A stretch of DNA of 64,000 bases from Caldisericia bacterium (lineage in GTDB: Bacteria; Caldisericota; Caldisericia; JAAYUI01). The stretch lies in contig OY771555.1 in NCBI GenBank assembly GCA_963674785.1, positions 2,080,001 to 2,144,000 on the forward strand. The letters are read 5' to 3'. The notes under the pieces were generated by a model that was not told where the DNA came from, did not search any database, and saw nothing but the letters and a program-made list of their open reading frames with translations. Below are positions 43,801 through 52,333 of this stretch, piece by piece. Made by a program: the position numbers and the translations under genes. Position 1 is the first letter of the stretch, and the number at the start of each line of letters is the position of its first letter.

Positions 43801-45014
43801 CCATGAAGACCAAAATGGTCAAGTCTATCGTGTGGAAGTGCGTCTGTTGGGTTGGTTACGATTCCTGTTGACTCGTTTGCTGCCCAAGCTGCATATGAAC
43901 CGATCTGCCAGTTTGCAAGATCGTTCTGTGCCTCTGGTGCGCTGAACATATCGATATCGATTACCCATGGAAGCTCAGCAATTCGTGCAATTGCATTCAT
44001 CGGGCAAACAACTCTTACAAATGCGGCTTCATATGGACCTTCGTCCTTCTCAGATGCTCCGAGTGGACTTGTTGACCCAATTGTTCCAAACTTAATTACC
44101 TTGGCCTGATCCCTTATTCTTGCACCGGAATCATCCACTGGTGAATTATAATATTCTTCAAGAGATTTTCTCTCTTCGTTCCAAATCTTGAAGAGTTCCT
44201 GGTATTCTTCATCAGACATTCCCTCGGGTTTTGTTGGACCTAAATCGTTATCAAACTTCTCAATCTTTGTCTGAAGGAAAGTTTTGCAACCTAAATTTTT
44301 AAGCTCTCCAGAGATTGTCTCAAGCTCACTGTATGGAAGGTTACCTGCAATCGTGATGTTCACAGACTGCATGTGGCTATCGCTTTCATCAGTTGGCCAA
44401 AGATTAGTCTTGTAAAGAGGGGCATAATCACCGGTTGCTCTTACGAAATCAAGGTTTCTGAGTTCTGCATATTTATCCTGATCAATTCGGACAAGATATG
44501 TCTGTTCGAATATTGGGTATGAATCCATGATGTATCCACCCATATTCGTGATCTTGTCAATCCATGCTCTTTTGAGTGGACCAACAAAATCGACAAGATA
44601 GTATGCAAAATCGTAACCTGAGTAATCTGCAGTTGCATACTTGCTGTACCAGCCATCAACTTTGTCGACCATCTTCAACTCTTTGTTTTCGATTCTCATC
44701 TCAACGCCGTTGATGTTGCGATAGTCAGCACTACCAATAACAATATACTCAATATTCTTATCAGTAAGTACTTCCATCTGGCTTTCTGTTGCTTCAGTAA
44801 GAATAGAACCTGATGCATAATGAGTAAGATCTGGGAGCTTCATGCTCTCAAATGTGTTTCTTTCACTTGGGGTTGTAACGTAAACGAGGAGTTCATAAAG
44901 TGGACCATCGTTTGCAACAACATCGTTTGTAACAACACCCATACCTAGTCCTGCCACCATTGGGAGAACCATTACTACGGCAAGCAATACGGATAAAAGC
45001 TTAACCTTTCTCAT
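40866..45014 (-). CDS. KP-43-like S8 subtilase-family surface protein with an IPTL-CTERM-like sorting tail; catalytic site degenerate
   Basis: Signal peptide; QIVAIVGTGLDTG, DGHETHVTGS, PATAKNPITVGASE, FSGRGPT, KPDIVAPG, GTSCAT, NDLDL, NNVE; C-terminal VPALSTPALILL-TM-RRK. Confidence 0.9.
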   Translation of the reverse strand: MRKVKLLSVLLAVVMVLPMVAGLGMGVVTNDVVANDGPLYELLVYVTTPSERNTFESMKLPDLTHYASGSILTEATESQMEVLTDKNIEYIVIGSADYRNINGVEMRIENKELKMVDKVDGWYSKYATADYSGYDFAYYLVDFVGPLKRAWIDKITNMGGYIMDSYPIFEQTYLVRIDQDKYAELRNLDFVRATGDYAPLYKTNLWPTDESDSHMQSVNITIAGNLPYSELETISGELKNLGCKTFLQTKIEKFDNDLGPTKPEGMSDEEYQELFKIWNEERKSLEEYYNSPVDDSGARIRDQAKVIKFGTIGSTSPLGASEKDEGPYEAAFVRVVCPMNAIARIAELPWVIDIDMFSAPEAQNDLANWQIGSYAAWAANESTGIVTNPTDALPHDRLDHFGLHGESFLPTRCYLPTVSDRNNYDHYRQIVAIVGTGLDTGDVGSSYYISTQYSTNPVGDFAGRVVDHIAYVRPTSSYYNTSGDSRWRWNPTNGSGTRVQRAHWVTISSYYSETRTSGLIGSRGYPWMDWDGHETHVTGSGFGDGFWSIGHTPDDDWSADGRQPYVDPTIANPVAGDGVPGIPHMPPNLEDPYQTAPHPTGQWDYRGVAYRAGLVVQRVTNNNFTRAYDSGSGQAGNRTYYFWHYAGRPTYLGLYQNINPTTYYLRAPDSMFSIVNDAYIVGARIQVNAWVVPHRGMSNSYGYPNSPGDREISYDSAVYNANEYNFFCTQMDRFTWEQKDMLLVQAGTTNTRFAAPFIYDYEWYNYVDSGLPDGSYGWTDSGGQYYSSPWCYTTPPTHEWYNGITYPVLTPNVGVYYPPIGDTSQNLPVEFNYYYQNLTQPPTTEQSSWPTGNADGKADFGTSCLSPATAKNPITVGASESYRNIQVIRTSMPTNPTAGPLPQVYTDRGPWTYGNAYSEVNGLPWFPLSPLFDDNTADSDSPYDVDIDGNTINRSDWWMPQGAANEFEYNPNVVNLPGGIENGYGQVAAFSGRGPTPDLDYSHSDADPTKWETAGRFKPDIVAPGTQIMSSASYLTLNEIGYYDPTRNGRRYTGNQYNGQRQVGSNEQGGPYVGRHPSTSNPSGVSNGELYKHYALMEGTSCATGFVAGAAAVTRQYYENRGLYMYPNPSSALIKATLIHGARNLGGETNYDAQAPGAGYGAWEWLSAKPSYSQGFGRLDIKRSLYPDPPTYTLFEDHDSGITTGEKHYFYYDVNDSSVPFEATLVYTDMPKLPNPQVALANDLDLIVIDPGGTEYHGNIYTSDPHVDEHTNLYESWGRVSAANPGGTEFDRRNNVERVVVPPSMIKEGRWTVSISGARVEQSSTNIPQLYAFLVSGGQLKASVAPAPEVPALSTPALILLVIGLLCVGVFFIIRRKAMVVA

Positions 45015-45165
45015 CACCTTTTCCTTTCCAGGCAACAAAAGCTGTCACCATGTGAGGATTTTTTCAACGCACCGGCGAGTACACCGGGTCGGGCATAAAT
45101 TCCCTAAATAAATAAACTCAATCAGCACGTCTCTCAGATCCAGAATCTACTTCTGAAACGTTTGA

Positions 45166-45193
45166 ATTATAGCAAACGTGGAAGGGTTGTCAA
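45166..45193 (-). promoter_or_regulatory. Consensus sigma70 promoter of the S8 gene
   Basis: TTGACA-N16-TATAAT on the minus strand. Confidence 0.75.
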
Positions 45194-45329
45194 GAAGTTG
45201 TAAACAAGAAAATCGAACACTCACATTTTGATATACCATACACAAAAATACTTCAAAAGATAAAAAATGGGACTTTTTTTGAAATATGAGAAAACTTGGC
45301 ACAATAAGATTTTGGTTTCGAAAAAAAAG

Positions 45330-45404
45330 TGGCAGCCCCAAGGAGAATCGAACTCCTGCCTACACCTTGAAAGAGTGTCATCCTAACCGTTAGACCATGG
45401 GGCC
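45330..45404 (-). tRNA. tRNA-Glu(TTC)
   Basis: GGCCCCATGGTCTAACGGTTAGGATGACACTCTTTCAAGGTGT...GTTCGATTC..GGGGCTGCCA cloverleaf with encoded CCA. Confidence 0.96.
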
Positions 45405-45425
45405 ACACAAAATCAATTTTCAATA

Positions 45426-45498
45426 TGAGTCGTGCTGGACTCGAACCAGCGACCCTCTGCTTAAAAGGCAGATGCTCTACCACCTGAGCTAACGACCC
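45426..45498 (-). tRNA. tRNA-Lys(TTT)
   Basis: GGGTCGTTAGCTCAGGTGGTAGAGCATCTGCCTTTTAAGCAGA...GTTCGAGTCC..CGACTCA; CCA not encoded. Confidence 0.96.
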
Positions 45499-45513
45499 AC
45501 GCTCGAGGCAATT

Positions 45514-45541
45514 ATCATATAAAATCAGAATCATCTGTCAA
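45514..45541 (-). promoter_or_regulatory. Promoter of the tRNA pair
   Basis: TTGACA-N16-TATGAT on the minus strand. Confidence 0.65.
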
Positions 45542-45549
45542 GGAAATTC

Positions 45550-45577
45550 TTGACCATTTCGTTAATGTAATTAGACT
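45550..45577 (+). promoter_or_regulatory. Promoter of prfA (near-leaderless)
   Basis: TTGACC-N16-TAGACT; ATG 8 nt downstream; no SD sequence. Confidence 0.55.
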
Positions 45578-45585
45578 GCCCTCAT

Positions 45586-46671
45586 ATGATTCGAAAAGCA
45601 GAGAAACTAATTAATAGATACAACGAACTTATTGAACTCTTGAGCAATCCTGATGTTATCAAGGATAACAATAAATTCCGAAAGCTCTCAAAGGAACAGT
45701 CAGAGCTTGCAGAAATTGTAAATGTCGCAAACAGGTACGAAGAGCTTGAGACAGAAATCGAAAACACAAAATCACTCCTTAGCACATCTGATCTGGAGAT
45801 GAAAGAATTGGCAGCTGCAGAATTAGAGGAGCTTGAAGCTGAACTTAAGAGGACTGACAATAAGCTTAACCGATTGCTAATTCCAAAAGACCCTCGGGAT
45901 GAAAAATCCGTAATCATGGAGATTAGATCAGCTGCCGGTGGCGAGGAGTCTGCACTTTTTGCGGCAGAACTTTTCAGAGCATACAAACAATTCGCCATAT
46001 CTAGGAATTGGGAAGTTGAAATAATCAACTCTCACGCAACAGATATTGGTGGTTTCAAAGAAATCATTTTTTCAATTGAAGGAAAAAATGTTTTTAGGTA
46101 TATGAAGTACGAATCGGGCGTTCACAGGGTGCAACGAGTACCAGAAACAGAATCTGGTGGAAGAATCCACACAAGTACCATAACTGTAGCGGTCATGCAG
46201 GAAGCCGAAGAGGTCGACCTACAGATAAAACCTGAAGATATAAGAATTGATGTTTATAGATCATCTGGTCACGGCGGACAGTGCGTTCAAACATGTGATT
46301 CCGCAGTAAGAATAACCCATTTACCAACAGGCATGATTGTGACTTGCCAGGATGAACGTTCGCAATTCCAAAACAAAGAACGTGCAATGAAAGTTCTTCG
46401 TTCAAGGCTTTACGAAATCGAACAAGCCAAGAAAGATAAAGAACATGCGGAAACAAGACGTGTTCAGGTTGGATCAGGAGACAGAGCTGAAAAAATCAGG
46501 ACGTACAACTACCCTCAAACAAGAATTTCAGACCATAGGATAAACTTAACTATATATAAACTCCCAGAAGTAATGCTTGGTAATCTTGATCTAGTCGTTC
46601 AGCCACTTATTCAAGCAGAAGAGCAGAAAAAACTTGATGAACTCGCAAAATCTGCATCAACTGGTAAATGA
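45586..46671 (+). CDS. prfA: Peptide chain release factor 1
   Basis: ESGVHRVQRVPETE (PxT motif), GGQ, RTYNYPQ; followed by prmC. Confidence 0.97.
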   Translation: MIRKAEKLINRYNELIELLSNPDVIKDNNKFRKLSKEQSELAEIVNVANRYEELETEIENTKSLLSTSDLEMKELAAAELEELEAELKRTDNKLNRLLIPKDPRDEKSVIMEIRSAAGGEESALFAAELFRAYKQFAISRNWEVEIINSHATDIGGFKEIIFSIEGKNVFRYMKYESGVHRVQRVPETESGGRIHTSTITVAVMQEAEEVDLQIKPEDIRIDVYRSSGHGGQCVQTCDSAVRITHLPTGMIVTCQDERSQFQNKERAMKVLRSRLYEIEQAKKDKEHAETRRVQVGSGDRAEKIRTYNYPQTRISDHRINLTIYKLPEVMLGNLDLVVQPLIQAEEQKKLDELAKSASTGK

Positions 46672-47473
46672 TTTAACCAAGATTCTCTCAAACAGACCCT
46701 CAGCCAGATGGGATGCTGAAGAAATCGTATGTGCTCATCTTCGACTATCTAGAGAAGAGATGATCTCTTCTCTGTCTGAAATCGTTGAAAGTGAAGTCAT
46801 TGAAAAATGTGTTGATGTAGCTGGCAGAATATCTGGTGGTTACCCACTTGAGTATGCTCTCGGCTACACATATTTCCTGGGGATAAAATTAAAAGTTACT
46901 CAAGACGTATTGATCCCTCGACCCGATACAGAGCTTCTGGTTATCGAAGCTGAAAAAATAGAGCTAACGTGTAAAACCAAAGTCCTTGATCTCTGCACAG
47001 GTTCTGGGTGTATCGCAATCTCCTTAAAGAAAAGAAATCCAAAAATATCAGTTACTGCAAGTGATATTTCAAAAAAAGCCTTAGAGATTGCAAGAGAAAA
47101 TTCAAACAAAAATAAAACTGAAATTCAGTTCATAAAGTCAAACATTTTTGATTCGATAGAAGAAAAATTTGACATAATTGTAAGTAATCCACCTTACATC
47201 ATGACTGATCTTATCACTAAACTCGAAAGAGAGATTTCTCACGAACCAATGCTGGCTCTGGACGGTGGAGCTGACGGAATGGGTATCTATCGTAGGATAG
47301 AAGAAAAACTCAAAAACCATTTGAGTGAAAATGGTTCACTTCTGCTTGAGATTGAAAGGCAAAATGAATATACTATTCCGATGTTAAAAGATATTTTCCA
47401 AGAATGGAGCTTTGAAATAATCAATGACCTTTCTGGAAGACCAAGAGTTGCCATAATAAGGAGAGCGAGGTAA
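46634..47473 (+). CDS. prmC: Release factor glutamine methyltransferase
   Basis: VLIPRPDTE, LDLCTGSGCIA, SNPPY, ALDGGADG. Confidence 0.95.
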   Translation: MMNSQNLHQLVNDLTKILSNRPSARWDAEEIVCAHLRLSREEMISSLSEIVESEVIEKCVDVAGRISGGYPLEYALGYTYFLGIKLKVTQDVLIPRPDTELLVIEAEKIELTCKTKVLDLCTGSGCIAISLKKRNPKISVTASDISKKALEIARENSNKNKTEIQFIKSNIFDSIEEKFDIIVSNPPYIMTDLITKLEREISHEPMLALDGGADGMGIYRRIEEKLKNHLSENGSLLLEIERQNEYTIPMLKDIFQEWSFEIINDLSGRPRVAIIRRAR

Positions 47474-48414
47474 TGGAAAAAAACGAGTTTGATATTTTGA
47501 TAATAGGTGGCGGTCCTGCTGGAATGGCCGCAGGAATATATAGCGGAAGATCACTTCTTAAAACGGCAATCATTGAAAAAGTTGGAACAGGTGGACAACT
47601 CAACATCACGGACAAGATAGCCAACTATCCAGGCTTCCCAGATGAGGTTGCAGGATACGAACTTGGTTCAAAAATGCTCACACAAGCAAGTAAATTTGGT
47701 GCCGAAATCATCTACGATGAGGTTAAGAGTATCTCAAAAAGTGGGGATTGGTACATCGTGCAATGCATCGCCGAAACATACAAAGCCAAATCCATCATCA
47801 TCGCAACTGGTGCATCATATAGACCCCTTGGAGTTCATGGAGAAGCAAGATTAAGAGGCAGGGGGGTTTCATATTGTGCCACATGTGACGGTGCATTTTT
47901 CAAGGATAAAGTTATAACAGTCATAGGCGGAGGGGATACTGCTCTTGAAGAGGCAGAGTATCTAACTCAATTTGGCTCTGAAGTATTTATTATTCACAGA
48001 AGACAGGAATTCCGTGCCGTTCCAAAAAACATTGAAAAAGCAATAAACAACCCAAAGATTACTTTTATTCTCGACACAGTAGTTGAGTCAATCGAAGGGG
48101 AAGATAAAGTCGAAAAAGTTATACTTAAAAATAAAGTAACAGGCGAAACAACTGAACATAAAACAGATGCTGTTTTTATATTTATCGGATACATTCCAAA
48201 CACCGACTTCCTCAAAGATTTCATTCAACTCGATGATAGTGGATACATAATCACAGACAGGACAATGGCAACAAATGAACCAGGAGTATTTGTCGCGGGA
48301 GATGTGTCAGTAAAAGAACACAGACAGGTTGTGACAGCAGTTTCAGACGGAGCCATTGCAGCAATGAACGCGTGGAAATACATCTCCGAACATAAAGGAA
48401 GTGGAAATGAATAA
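47473..48414 (+). CDS. trxB: Thioredoxin-disulfide reductase
   Basis: GGGPAG, GVSYCATCDG, GGGDTALEEA, HRR, AGDV. Confidence 0.96.
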   Translation: MEKNEFDILIIGGGPAGMAAGIYSGRSLLKTAIIEKVGTGGQLNITDKIANYPGFPDEVAGYELGSKMLTQASKFGAEIIYDEVKSISKSGDWYIVQCIAETYKAKSIIIATGASYRPLGVHGEARLRGRGVSYCATCDGAFFKDKVITVIGGGDTALEEAEYLTQFGSEVFIIHRRQEFRAVPKNIEKAINNPKITFILDTVVESIEGEDKVEKVILKNKVTGETTEHKTDAVFIFIGYIPNTDFLKDFIQLDDSGYIITDRTMATNEPGVFVAGDVSVKEHRQVVTAVSDGAIAAMNAWKYISEHKGSGNE

Positions 48415-49501
48415 CAATCTCAATGCAATTAGAGAAAAAATGTCTGAAAAGAATATTGATGCGCTATTTTTACAGACAAACGAACACAGACTATCAAGAA
48501 ATATATTCTATTTATCTGGTTTTTCAGGGGAAGATGGGTTTCTGATAATCACAAAAGACGAGGCCATCCTACTTGTTGACGGAAGATACCCCGAACAGGC
48601 TCGTGAGGAAGCAAAAGACGGAATCGAAGTACGACTTCACAAAAGACCAATGATTGAAAACATGACAAATATTCTGGGTGGTTTGACTATCAAAAATGTT
48701 GGCCTTGAAGAAGCAATCCTTTCCCATGCTTTCTACAAATCGTTCACCTCAGAGCTTTCAAATATTGAACCAATCAAAGCCGATGGAATCGTTGAGGAAC
48801 TCAGAATTATTAAATCAAACGAAGAAATCGAATATTTAAGAAATGCCTGCAAATGCTCCGACGATGCATTTAAAGCAACACTTGAACACATGAAGGTTGG
48901 AGCAACTGAACGAGACATCGCAACCGAACTTGAATACCAGATGAAACGAAGGGGAGCATCAAAGGCATCATTCCCAATAATCGTCGCCTCAGGTTTCAGA
49001 GGTGCAATGGCACACGGACTTGCATCCGATAAAAAGCTTGAAAATGGAGATTTCGTTGTGATTGATTTTGGTGCAACCGTTGATTTTTACAACTCCGACT
49101 GCACAAGAACTATCGTTGTTGGTGAACCAACCCAAAAACACAAAGAGATATATGATACAGTAAGAAACTCTCAGGAGAATGCGATGCATTTCTTCAAGCC
49201 TGGGGAGATGTGTAAAACTCCAGACCTGGTAGCAAGAGAAATAATTGAAAAAGCAGGATATGGAGAAAACTTTAACCATTCATTAGGTCACGGAATCGGT
49301 CTGGATGTTCACGAAGCTCCTGGAATTTCATACCTTTCACCAGATGAAAACATCTTAAAAACTGGAATGATAGCAAGTAACGAACCAGGAATCTATCTCG
49401 AAGGATGGGGCGGAGTAAGAATTGAAGATACAGTGGTTGTAAGAGAAAATGGTGGCGAACCACTCACACTTTTAACAAAAGATATGATCGTCGTTGAATA
49501 A
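48407..49501 (+). CDS. M24 Xaa-Pro aminopeptidase/dipeptidase
   Basis: YLSGFSG, DGRY, IDFG, SDCTRT, HSLGHGIGLDVHEAP, EPGIY, GVRIED. Confidence 0.93.
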   Translation: MNNNLNAIREKMSEKNIDALFLQTNEHRLSRNIFYLSGFSGEDGFLIITKDEAILLVDGRYPEQAREEAKDGIEVRLHKRPMIENMTNILGGLTIKNVGLEEAILSHAFYKSFTSELSNIEPIKADGIVEELRIIKSNEEIEYLRNACKCSDDAFKATLEHMKVGATERDIATELEYQMKRRGASKASFPIIVASGFRGAMAHGLASDKKLENGDFVVIDFGATVDFYNSDCTRTIVVGEPTQKHKEIYDTVRNSQENAMHFFKPGEMCKTPDLVAREIIEKAGYGENFNHSLGHGIGLDVHEAPGISYLSPDENILKTGMIASNEPGIYLEGWGGVRIEDTVVVRENGGEPLTLLTKDMIVVE

Positions 49502-49520
49502 AAATTTTCCCATAAAAATG

Positions 49521-49555
49521 AAAAAGACCCCACAATACTGTGGGGTCTTTTTTTT
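49521..49555. terminator. Bidirectional intrinsic terminator
   Basis: AAAAAGACCCCACA-ATAC-TGTGGGGTCTTTTTTT between convergent genes. Confidence 0.85.
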
Positions 49556-49572
49556 GATTATAGGGCGTCAGT

Positions 49573-49791
49573 TTACTTTTTGTAAACTGTAATAGCAATA
49601 TCTGGACAGATAAGCGCACATGAAGCACATGCAATACATGAATCTTCATCGGTACAGTTTACAGGATGATAACCCTTTGAATTAATCTTGTCTGATAATG
49701 CCAAAATATTTTTTGGACAAACCTCGACACAGAGTCCGCAGGCTTTGCATCTTTCGTCGTTAACTTTAATCATTCCTTGTGCTATAGGCAT
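49573..49791 (-). CDS. 2[4Fe-4S] ferredoxin, similar to the delta subunit of 2-oxoacid:ferredoxin oxidoreductase
   Basis: CKACGLCVEVCP and CIACASCALICPD; NSKGYHP. Confidence 0.9.
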   Translation of the reverse strand: MPIAQGMIKVNDERCKACGLCVEVCPKNILALSDKINSKGYHPVNCTDEDSCIACASCALICPDIAITVYKK

Positions 49792-49871
49792 GTTCACCCC
49801 TTTCCACTTCCAGATGTTAACGATTAGATTTATAAGTTTCAAGGCTACCCACAGAAAATTTAATACTTACT

Positions 49872-49899
49872 TTGACAAAGAGGCAAATGACAATAGAAT
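49872..49899 (+). promoter_or_regulatory. Promoter of the buk operon
   Basis: TTGACA-N16-TAGAAT; AGGAGG RBS before ATG 49926. Confidence 0.65.
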
Positions 49900-49925
49900 G
49901 TATAAATAATTATTAGGAGGCTGTT

Positions 49926-51035
49926 ATGAACACAGAGTTCTTGATTCTGGCGGTTAATCCCGGTAGCACATCCACGAAAATGGCGTTGTTTAATAATGAA
50001 GAGAAAGTCTTTGAAGAGACCCTTAGGCATGACAGCGATGAGTTAAAAAAATACAAAGGAATCTGGGATCAGTTCGATTTTAGAAAAAATGTTATCGTTG
50101 ATTTCTTGAGAAATCATCCTTCAGGCATCAAGACTCTCTCTGCAGTTGTTGGGAGAGGCGGAATATTCAAACCAATCATCTCAGGCACATATGCTGTTAA
50201 CGAAGAGATGCTTGATGATGCAACAACAAACAAATATGGCGAACACGCATCAAACCTTGGATGTGCACTTGCAAAAGAAATATCAAAAGAATTTGGGAAT
50301 TGTCCATCTTTTATCGTTGATCCAACAACAACATGTGAATATCAGAGATTGTCTTTCTACTCAGGACATCCGGAGATACCAAGGAAATCTATCGCTCACG
50401 TTTTAAATATTCATGCAACAGCAAGAAAAGCAGCAACCGATCTTAAAATACCATATGAAAAATCTAGATTCATAGTTGTTCATATGGGTGGTGGAATTAC
50501 AGTGTCTGCCGTTGTTGGCGGAAAGATGATCGACAATAATAATGCAACCTGTGAGGGGCCATTTACTCCTGAACGAACTGGAAGTCTGCCCTCAACTCAG
50601 CTTGCAGAACTCTGTTTTTCTGGAAAATATACACTCCCCGAAATCAAGAAAATGATAATGGGTAAGGGTGGATTTGTTGCATATCTTGGCACAAACTCTG
50701 CTGCCAAAGTTCAGGAAATGGCAAATTCCGGGGATGAAAAAGCAAAAGAGATATATGAAGCACTAGTTTATCAGGTAGCCAAAGAAATCGGTGCATACTC
50801 AACAGTTCTCTGTGGAGAACTCGATGCAATTGTTTTAACCGGTGGACTTGCATACTCAGACATGATGATTGAGATGATAAAACCAAGAATCTCATTCCTT
50901 GGAAAAATTGTGAGATACCCGGGGGAAGATGAACTTGAAGCACTATCAGCTGGTGCCTTAAGGGTTTTATCCGGAAAAGAAGAAGCATTACCATACCCAA
51001 CATATGGTGAAAAGGAACCAGAATGGAATATCTAG
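49926..51035 (+). CDS. buk: Butyrate (branched-chain fatty acid) kinase
   Basis: NPGSTSTK, VGRGG, HASNLG, HMGGGI, GPFTPERTG, LTGGLA, PGEDE. Confidence 0.95.
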   Translation: MNTEFLILAVNPGSTSTKMALFNNEEKVFEETLRHDSDELKKYKGIWDQFDFRKNVIVDFLRNHPSGIKTLSAVVGRGGIFKPIISGTYAVNEEMLDDATTNKYGEHASNLGCALAKEISKEFGNCPSFIVDPTTTCEYQRLSFYSGHPEIPRKSIAHVLNIHATARKAATDLKIPYEKSRFIVVHMGGGITVSAVVGGKMIDNNNATCEGPFTPERTGSLPSTQLAELCFSGKYTLPEIKKMIMGKGGFVAYLGTNSAAKVQEMANSGDEKAKEIYEALVYQVAKEIGAYSTVLCGELDAIVLTGGLAYSDMMIEMIKPRISFLGKIVRYPGEDELEALSAGALRVLSGKEEALPYPTYGEKEPEWNI

Positions 51036-51787
51036 GAATTCAAACAGACCTAACAGATTCAATCTTCACAATAACTTTCAACAGACCTGAGAGACTCAAC
51101 GCTCTCGATAGAAAAACACTCGAAGAACTTAACGATATCATAGACACTATTGAAAAAACTCCTGAGGTTAAAGTCGTAGTTGTTAAGGGGTCTGGAAAAG
51201 CATTTATAGCTGGTGCTGATATTTCAGCAATGGTGAATATGACAGGTGAACAGGCGGAAGAATTCTCAAGATACGGACAGGGAGTATTCCTTAGACTTGA
51301 AAATCTGGATATTCCCGTGATCGCCTCCATTAATGGATTCTGTCTTGGTGGTGGTTGCGAGCTTGCCATGGCTTGCGACATCAGGATTGCATCAGAAAAA
51401 GCAAAATTTGGTCAACCTGAGGTCAACCTTGGAGTCATCCCTGGTTTTGGTGGCACTCAAAGACTACCTCAACTTGTTGGCATTGGCAATGCAATAGACC
51501 TTCTCACAACTGGTCGCATAATCAAGGCAAAAGAAGCCATCAAGATGGGTCTGCTCCAAAAAGTTGTAGAACCAGAAGAACTCGATCAATTTGTTCTAGA
51601 TATGGCAAAACTCCTGACATCAAAATGTAGAAATGCGGCTGTCATAAACAAAAAGGCTGCAATGGCGAGCCAGCATGAACTGGATTATGAATATGAAGCT
51701 GAACAGTTTGGAGCGTGTTTTGAAAGAGGGGATGCAAAGATTGGAATGCAGGCATTCCTTGACAAAAAAGAACCTGAATGGAGGTAG
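51023..51787 (+). CDS. crt: Enoyl-CoA hydratase (crotonase-like)
   Basis: NRPERLNAL, AFIAGADI, GGGCELAMACD, FGQPEVNLG..PGFGGTQRL. Confidence 0.85.
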   Translation: MEYLGIQTDLTDSIFTITFNRPERLNALDRKTLEELNDIIDTIEKTPEVKVVVVKGSGKAFIAGADISAMVNMTGEQAEEFSRYGQGVFLRLENLDIPVIASINGFCLGGGCELAMACDIRIASEKAKFGQPEVNLGVIPGFGGTQRLPQLVGIGNAIDLLTTGRIIKAKEAIKMGLLQKVVEPEELDQFVLDMAKLLTSKCRNAAVINKKAAMASQHELDYEYEAEQFGACFERGDAKIGMQAFLDKKEPEWR

Positions 51788-51790
51788 ATA

Positions 51791-52333
51791 TTGGATCTTC
51801 CATCAAATTTAAGGGAAACTACATTAGCGGAACTCATTCAAATCGTTGAGGTATCTGGAAGAAGCGGAAGATTACAGATTCAAACACTTGAGTCTGATGA
51901 ACTCTCTTCAATCTACTTCAGCAAGGGACAGATCGTTCACGCCACAACAAATAGGAGTCAAGGGATCGACGCAATATGGGAGCTTTTTTCTTGGATTAGG
52001 GGACGTGTGATGTTTAATGATGGTGTTACTATGCCACCTCAAACAATAAAGCATGACAATTTTTTCCTTATCACAGAAGGATTGAAAAAAGCCATGAAGT
52101 CTCATGAGATAATGATCAACCTTCCACCGTTGGAGACGAAGCTCATTGTAAACAAGACTGGTCTTGAGACTCAAGATAAGTTAAGTCTTGATTCAACCGA
52201 TTGGAACTTCCTTATTCTTGTTGACGGCTCGAGAACTATCCAACAATTGATTGACGACAGCCAGATGAGTGCTTCAGTAACAGGTCAGCTCATAATGAAG
52301 CTTCTGCAACAGAAGGTGATTATACCAGCATGA
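51791..52333 (+). CDS. DUF4388 (PATAN-like) domain protein
   Basis: L..TTLAELIQ....RSGRL...IYFSKGQIVHA...G; C-terminal wHTH-like DGSRTI. Confidence 0.75.
   Translation: MDLPSNLRETTLAELIQIVEVSGRSGRLQIQTLESDELSSIYFSKGQIVHATTNRSQGIDAIWELFSWIRGRVMFNDGVTMPPQTIKHDNFFLITEGLKKAMKSHEIMINLPPLETKLIVNKTGLETQDKLSLDSTDWNFLILVDGSRTIQQLIDDSQMSASVTGQLIMKLLQQKVIIPA

Noticed and set aside
41126-44659. Many alternative-frame ORFs inside the S8 gene
   Set aside because: Artefacts of codon bias; no recognisable motifs.
45147-45534. Small minus-strand ORFs
   Set aside because: They overlap the two tRNA genes and promoters.
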